Assembly: GCA_041483895.1 (NCBI GenBank)
Contig: JBGPGO010000018.1
Location: forward strand, 1 to 64,000
Length of the DNA: 64,000 nucleotides
Reading direction: 5' to 3'
Origin: Fimbriimonadia bacterium
GTDB taxonomy: Bacteria; Armatimonadota; Fimbriimonadia; Fimbriimonadales; JABRVX01
Below the pieces are notes generated by a model. It was not told the DNA's origin, did no database searches, and saw only the letters and a list, made by a program, of their open reading frames with translations. Position numbers and translations under genes: made by a program. Within the stretch, counting starts at the first letter, position 1; each line of letters opens with the position of its first letter. This document shows, piece by piece, positions 59,110 to 64,000 of this stretch.

Positions 59110-61473
59110 CTACACGGCCACCTTATCCGGCTCATCGGACTGCACGAAATTGCAGGTCTTGGACTGGCACTTGACCCGTTCGCCATGGGTCTTGGTGTTC
59201 GACAGCACCATCGCGTCGCCGCACGTCGGGCACTTTTCCCCCGTCGGCTTGTCCCACGTCGCCGTCTTGCAGGCCGGGTAGCGCGAACAGCTCCAGAAGG
59301 TCTTGCCCTTCTTCGATTTCTTCTCCACCATCCGCCCCTCGCCGCAAGTTGGGCAGGGGATGTCGGATGTGACGAGCGGCAGCGCGGTCTTACACTTCGG
59401 ATAGCCGGTGCACGCCAGGAACTCGCCGTTGCGCCCCGTCTTGATCACCATCGGCTTGCCGCAATTGGGACACACCTTATCGGTGGGCTTATCCTCCGGC
59501 ATGATTTTCCCGTCTACCGACATGGCCGTCTTGCATTCCGGATACCCGGTACAGGCCAAGAATTCTCCGCGCCGCCCGGTCTTGATCACCATCGGCTTGC
59601 CGCAGTTCGGGCACATCTTGTCGGTCTCTTTGTCCGCCGGGCGGTCGAGCGAGATGATGGTCTTGCATTCCGGATACCCGCTGCAGCCCAAAAACGCGCC
59701 GCGCTTGCTGGATTTCACCACCATCGGCTTGCCGCAGTTCGGGCAAATCTTGTCGGAAACGATATCCTTTTGCTCCCCGTTGCTGGCCCCGCTCAACCGA
59801 ACTTCCAACGGGCCATAGAAACCGCTCACGACAGCCACCCAATCCCGGCCCTCCTCCGCTATCTGGTCCAGATCGTCTTCCATCTTCGCCGTGAACTGGA
59901 TATCGAACGTGTCGGGGAAAGTCTCCACCAGATAGTCCGATACGACCTCGCCGAGAGGCGTTGGCGAGAACACTTTCTTCTCCAAAGTCGTATATCCGCG
60001 GTCGACGACGACGGACAGAATCGTCGCATAGGTGCTTGGCCGGCCGATGCCATTCTGCTCCAACGCCTTGACCAGCGTGGCCTCCGTGTATCGCGGTGGC
60101 GGCTGCGTGAAGTGCTGGTCCGGATGCAGGTCCAGAAGCCGCAGCGGGTCGTTTTCGTTCAGCAACGGCAGAGGCGGATTTTCGTCGTCTTCCACTTCCA
60201 TCGTATCCTTGCCCTCGGTGTACACGGCGGTAAAGCCCGCGAAGGTCGGAACCGATCCGGTCGCGCGGAAAATGTAGTCGTTGGCGCTGATATCGACCGT
60301 GGTAACGTCGCTCAAAGAATCGGCCATCTGGCTGGCGATGAAGCGCTTCCAGATCAGGTCGTAAAGCTTGAACTGCTGTGGCGAGAGGAACGATTTGACC
60401 GCATCAGGCGTGCGATGCGGATCTGTGGGCCGGACGGCTTCGTGCGCGTCTTGGACCCTCTTGCCGGCCTTCGCCTTTCGCCCGCTGCCCACATAATCCG
60501 CGCCAAATCTGCTTCGAATCAACTGCTCCGCCGCCGTTTTCGCTTCATCGGCGATCCGGGTCGAGTCGGTTCGCATGTAGGTGATGAGACCAACCGATCC
60601 CGCGCCGCCCAGTTCAATCCCTTCGTACAGCTTCTGGGCGGTCTGCATGGTCATCTTCGCGCCGAAGCCGATTTTTCGGGAGGCCTCCTGCTGCATCGTG
60701 CTGGTGATGAACGGGGGCGCCGGGCTGCGTTTTCGCTGGTTCCTCTTGATCGACTTGACGATATATTTCGCGCCCTGCAGCTCGCCCAAAATCCCATCAG
60801 CCTGCTCTTGGTTGGTGATCTCGAGCTTCTTTTCGCCCTTGGAACGCAGGTCAGCCTCGAACGGCTGGACCTTGTCCTCCGGCGTCAGCTTGGCCGTGAT
60901 AGACCAATACTCTTCCGCCGCGAAGGCCCTGATCTCGCGCTCCCGCTCTACGATGAGCCGCACCGCCACCGACTGCACGCGGCCGGCGCTGAGCTGTTTG
61001 TTCCCCAGCTTTTTCCAGAGCAGCGGGCTCAGCTTGTACCCCACGATCCGGTCCACCACGCGACGGGCCTGCTGCGCGTTCACCCGGTCCATGTCGATGA
61101 CGCGCGGGTGCTCCAAAGCGCGCTTCACCGCCGACTCCGTGATTTCGTTGAATTCGATCCGCTTCGGGTCTTTGAGGTTCAGCGCTTCCTGCAGATGCCA
61201 GGCGATCGCCTCCCCTTCCCGGTCCGGGTCGGTCGCGATATAGACCTCGTCGGCCTTCTTCGTGGCGTCTTTTAGCCGCTTGATGTGGTTCTTGCGATCG
61301 GTGAGCGGGACGTAGGTGGGATGGAAATCGTGCTCTAAATCGACGCCGAATTCCTTCTTTGGCAGATCGCGGACGTGGCCATAGGAGGCCTCGAGTTCAT
61401 ATTTGCCCCCCAGGAGGTTCTTCAGCGTCTTCGTTTTCGCCGGGCTCTCAACAATAATGAGCGGCTTTCCCAT
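59110..61473 (-). CDS. topA: DNA topoisomerase I with five C-terminal zinc ribbons
   Basis: IVESPAK, ATDPDREGEAI, SAGRVQS, ITYMRTDS, GIGRPSTY; five CPxC...C...C units. Confidence 0.97.
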   Translation of the reverse strand: MGKPLIIVESPAKTKTLKNLLGGKYELEASYGHVRDLPKKEFGVDLEHDFHPTYVPLTDRKNHIKRLKDATKKADEVYIATDPDREGEAIAWHLQEALNLKDPKRIEFNEITESAVKRALEHPRVIDMDRVNAQQARRVVDRIVGYKLSPLLWKKLGNKQLSAGRVQSVAVRLIVEREREIRAFAAEEYWSITAKLTPEDKVQPFEADLRSKGEKKLEITNQEQADGILGELQGAKYIVKSIKRNQRKRSPAPPFITSTMQQEASRKIGFGAKMTMQTAQKLYEGIELGGAGSVGLITYMRTDSTRIADEAKTAAEQLIRSRFGADYVGSGRKAKAGKRVQDAHEAVRPTDPHRTPDAVKSFLSPQQFKLYDLIWKRFIASQMADSLSDVTTVDISANDYIFRATGSVPTFAGFTAVYTEGKDTMEVEDDENPPLPLLNENDPLRLLDLHPDQHFTQPPPRYTEATLVKALEQNGIGRPSTYATILSVVVDRGYTTLEKKVFSPTPLGEVVSDYLVETFPDTFDIQFTAKMEDDLDQIAEEGRDWVAVVSGFYGPLEVRLSGASNGEQKDIVSDKICPNCGKPMVVKSSKRGAFLGCSGYPECKTIISLDRPADKETDKMCPNCGKPMVIKTGRRGEFLACTGYPECKTAMSVDGKIMPEDKPTDKVCPNCGKPMVIKTGRNGEFLACTGYPKCKTALPLVTSDIPCPTCGEGRMVEKKSKKGKTFWSCSRYPACKTATWDKPTGEKCPTCGDAMVLSNTKTHGERVKCQSKTCNFVQSDEPDKVAV

Positions 61474-61590
61474 CGTCACTCCTTCTCAGTTTCCCTCGCT
61501 CCGCTTCGGGACAGGTCGTCGGCAAGCCTACCGACCGCTTCCCCGCTTTGTCAACCGTGCGATACCAAGTATCGGCAGATTGGGACCCGT

Positions 61591-62106
61591 CTATTCAGAA
61601 CGAGATCGGGCGCCCGTCATCCGGAATACCCAGAGGATCAACCGTTCCAGAAGGCGGCTGATCTTCGTCCCAAAGAACTCTTTCGGATGGAGCGGAGCGA
61701 TCCAGATCGTCCGGATCCCGGCTCGATTTCCACCCCAAATGTCGGTGAGAAGTTGATCTCCGACCATGGCCGTCTCCTCCGGTTTGGCGCCCAAAATCTC
61801 CAGCGCGTCAACGAACCCGCGCCTGCTCGGCTTCATTCGGGCACGGACAAATGGGATGCCGAAACGCTCGGAAAGCTCCCGCAGCCGGCCAGAATTCCTG
61901 GTATTCGAGACGAGGCACATTTTTATCCCCGCCTCTTGTGTCTTGGTCAGCCATTCCACGATCTCTTCCGGCACTTCATACGAGCGCCACGGCGTCAAAG
62001 TGTTATCAAGGTCCAAGAGCAGAACTCGTATCCCGGCGGCAAGCAACGTCGCCGAATCCAGATCGACGATGTTGTTGACGTACAGATCGGGACACAGCTT
62101 CCGCAA
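61591..62106 (-). CDS. yqeG: YqeG family HAD IIIA phosphatase
   Basis: DLDNTL, VSN, KP, VGDQLLTDIWGGNRAG. Confidence 0.9.
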   Translation of the reverse strand: MRKLCPDLYVNNIVDLDSATLLAAGIRVLLLDLDNTLTPWRSYEVPEEIVEWLTKTQEAGIKMCLVSNTRNSGRLRELSERFGIPFVRARMKPSRRGFVDALEILGAKPEETAMVGDQLLTDIWGGNRAGIRTIWIAPLHPKEFFGTKISRLLERLILWVFRMTGARSRSE

Positions 62107-62135
62107 ACCGATCGGCGCCTTGGAGCGATCGAATT

Positions 62136-63131
62136 TCAGTGGCGCACGCTCCGTATGTTCTTCCGGTGCTCTTCAAACGTAGACGCAAACAAATGAGTTC
62201 CATCTCCCTTAGCCACATAATACAGGTAGTTGTGCTTTGCCGGGCGATAGGCGGCTTCCAGCGAGGCGAGGCCGGGATTGCAGATCGGAGTTGGAGGCAG
62301 GCCCTTGATCAGGTAGGTATTGTACGGGGTCGGCTTTTTCAGGTCGGCGAAAGTGACCTGTGATTTCCATTTTCCCAAGCCATAGAGGACGGTCGCGTCG
62401 ATTTGCAACGGCATACCCTTTGACAATCGGTTGGCGATCACTCCGGCAACAATTGCCCGCTCGCTTGGGACCTTCACTTCCAGCTCGATCATGGAGGCGA
62501 CGATGACAACGGTGGCGAGTTGGGACGACCTCTGGATGCCTACCTCACCGGCTCTCGATTCGAAGTTCCGTAACATGGCCTCGATTGTCCCCCTTGCACC
62601 GAGGCGCTTGCGAAAGAAATAGGTGTCGGGAAAAAGGTAGCCCTCAAGGTTCTCTTGCGGCGTTGGGAAGTGCAATCCGGTTGTATATTGTGACGGTCGG
62701 TTCGTCGCCCGCAAGAACGCCTCCGAATCACAGACCTCCGCTTCTTCTAGCTTCCATGCAATCCAATGTCGGTTGCGGCCTTCCGGTATGGTGACTTGGG
62801 CGACCGTGTTCTCGTCCGAGTAGATGCTGTTTATGGTCGTTCGAGCATCCTTCTGAGGGGAGACTTCATAGAATCCTTCCTTCGGAAGCCGATCGGCTCC
62901 GTAGGTGTAACGAAGGAATAACATTGCGATGGATGCGTTCCGAATAAGCCGCATGCGTTCCAGATCATGGAGCAGATGGGGCCAATCTTCGCCCGGCTTG
63001 ACGCGGACGATCACAGCTTTGCCGGCGCCCACGGGTTTCAATTGGTAATCGAAGTACCCTATCGACCCGCACACGATGATCCCCAGCGCGGCGAGGCAGC
63101 CGCAGCCCAACCTACGAAGGCGTCGTTTCAT
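62136..63131 (-). CDS. mltG: Endolytic transglycosylase MltG
   Basis: VTIPEG, LEGYLFPDTY, ASMIELE, LQIDATV, YNTY..GLPPTPICNPG. Confidence 0.94.
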   Translation of the reverse strand: MKRRLRRLGCGCLAALGIIVCGSIGYFDYQLKPVGAGKAVIVRVKPGEDWPHLLHDLERMRLIRNASIAMLFLRYTYGADRLPKEGFYEVSPQKDARTTINSIYSDENTVAQVTIPEGRNRHWIAWKLEEAEVCDSEAFLRATNRPSQYTTGLHFPTPQENLEGYLFPDTYFFRKRLGARGTIEAMLRNFESRAGEVGIQRSSQLATVVIVASMIELEVKVPSERAIVAGVIANRLSKGMPLQIDATVLYGLGKWKSQVTFADLKKPTPYNTYLIKGLPPTPICNPGLASLEAAYRPAKHNYLYYVAKGDGTHLFASTFEEHRKNIRSVRH

Positions 63132-63519
63132 TCAGGAACTCTTGGAGGATGATGCTCGCGGCCACGCTATCGCCGCTGGTAGTGCGCTTTTTCCGGCTCA
63201 CTCCCGCTTCAATCTGCGCGGTTTCCGCCTTTTGCGTTGTGAAGGCCTCGTTTTGAAAATGGATTGGAAGTGCGAGATGACCGACAAAATCCCGAATGCG
63301 CCGAGACTGCTCTGTCTCGCCTCCATCGGCATTCAGCGGCAGACCCACGACGATGGCCTCCACCTCATGCTCCCGGCACGCCGCCATCACCCGATCGACA
63401 TCCGCCGCCAGATTCCCGCGCCGCTCGATCACTTCCTTGGGAAACGCGATGCCGATCTCATCATCCGCCGTCGCGACTCCAATGCGCCGCTCTCCCACAT
63501 CCAGGCACACATATCTCAT
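63112..63519 (-). CDS. ruvX: Holliday junction resolvase-like / pre-16S rRNA nuclease RuvX (YqgF)
   Basis: LDVGERRIGVA, VVGLP, EAFTT, DSVAASIILQ. Confidence 0.92.
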   Translation of the reverse strand: MRYVCLDVGERRIGVATADDEIGIAFPKEVIERRGNLAADVDRVMAACREHEVEAIVVGLPLNADGGETEQSRRIRDFVGHLALPIHFQNEAFTTQKAETAQIEAGVSRKKRTTSGDSVAASIILQEFLNETTPS

Positions 63520-63538
63520 CGCGCCGCATTGTACCAAG

Positions 63539-64000
63539 CTATTTCATGAGACGGTTCTGCACGTCGGTAAGGAGACTGCTCGCGCCGATACGGAAGTGGG
63601 CCGAGGTCAGCCACTCCGCGCCTAGCTCCTCGCGGACGAGCGCAAGCCACTGGATAGCATCCTCGGCGGTTCGGATGCCTCCCGCCGGCTTGAGACCGGT
63701 CCGGAGCCCTGTCCGCACATGGTACGTGCGTATCGCCTGCGCCATCGCGACCCCTGCATCCAGGGTCGCGTTCACCGTTTCTTTTCCCGTGGAGGTCTTC
63801 ACAAAATCCGCCCCGGCCATCAGGCAGGTCAGCGCGGCCCGGTAGATCATCTCCGTGTTGCGAAGCTCGCCGGTGGCCAGAATTGCCTTCAGAACGGCCT
63901 CGCCCGCCGCCCGCCGAAACTGCCGCACCTCATCGAATAGTTCCGCCCATCGACCTGTCAGAGCGTGGGACCGGCGGATCACAAAGTCCACCTCGTCCGC
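63539..64000 (-). CDS. deoC: Deoxyribose-phosphate aldolase (3' part; runs off the window)
   Basis: LKAIL.TGEL, GADFVKTSTGK, GLKPAGGIR, FRIGASSLL. Confidence 0.92.
   Translation of the reverse strand, partial: ADEVDFVIRRSHALTGRWAELFDEVRQFRRAAGEAVLKAILATGELRNTEMIYRAALTCLMAGADFVKTSTGKETVNATLDAGVAMAQAIRTYHVRTGLRTGLKPAGGIRTAEDAIQWLALVREELGAEWLTSAHFRIGASSLLTDVQNRLMK

Noticed and set aside
1..64000. Prophage, transposase, integrase or anti-phage defence genes; tRNA or rRNA
   Set aside because: No ORF or sequence with the relevant signatures was recognised by eye; a tRNAscan/Rfam/HMM run would be needed to exclude them fully.

Overview
GC-rich, gene-dense bacterial chromosome segment. Gene content (DUF1559-type prepilin, PEP-CTERM protein, secreted proteins with dockerin-like tails, flagellar L/P rings together with FliW-CsrA and tmk-darA-holB) suggests Armatimonadota or a related diderm lineage; this is an inference. 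Housekeeping genes include an rpoE-rseA-rseB-degP-like operon, ribBA/ribH, flgFG(A)HIJNKL-fliW-csrA, trmD-rplS-lepB, cysK, trxA, dnaG-rpoD, cinA-thpR-recA-recX, msrA, maf, dnaE, topA, mltG, ruvX and deoC. No rRNA, tRNA, CRISPR array, transposase or integrase was seen. Notable observations: (1) an MtrA/MtrB-like decaheme cytochrome plus porin pair; (2) several families of short palindromic REP/REPIN-like repeats, some inserted in frame in proteins (about 65-70 extra aa in TrmD, and the prepilin leader), plus a GTAG...CTAC family whose stems covary; (3) a FlgG-domain/FlgA fusion; (4) tandem NrdR-like boxes and a candidate structured RNA upstream of dnaE; (5) holB with no canonical start codon upstream of its Walker A motif; (6) tandem ClpS paralogs; (7) a triplet of paralogous secreted helical proteins; (8) many apparently leaderless genes. 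All calls come from reading motifs by eye; no database searches were run.
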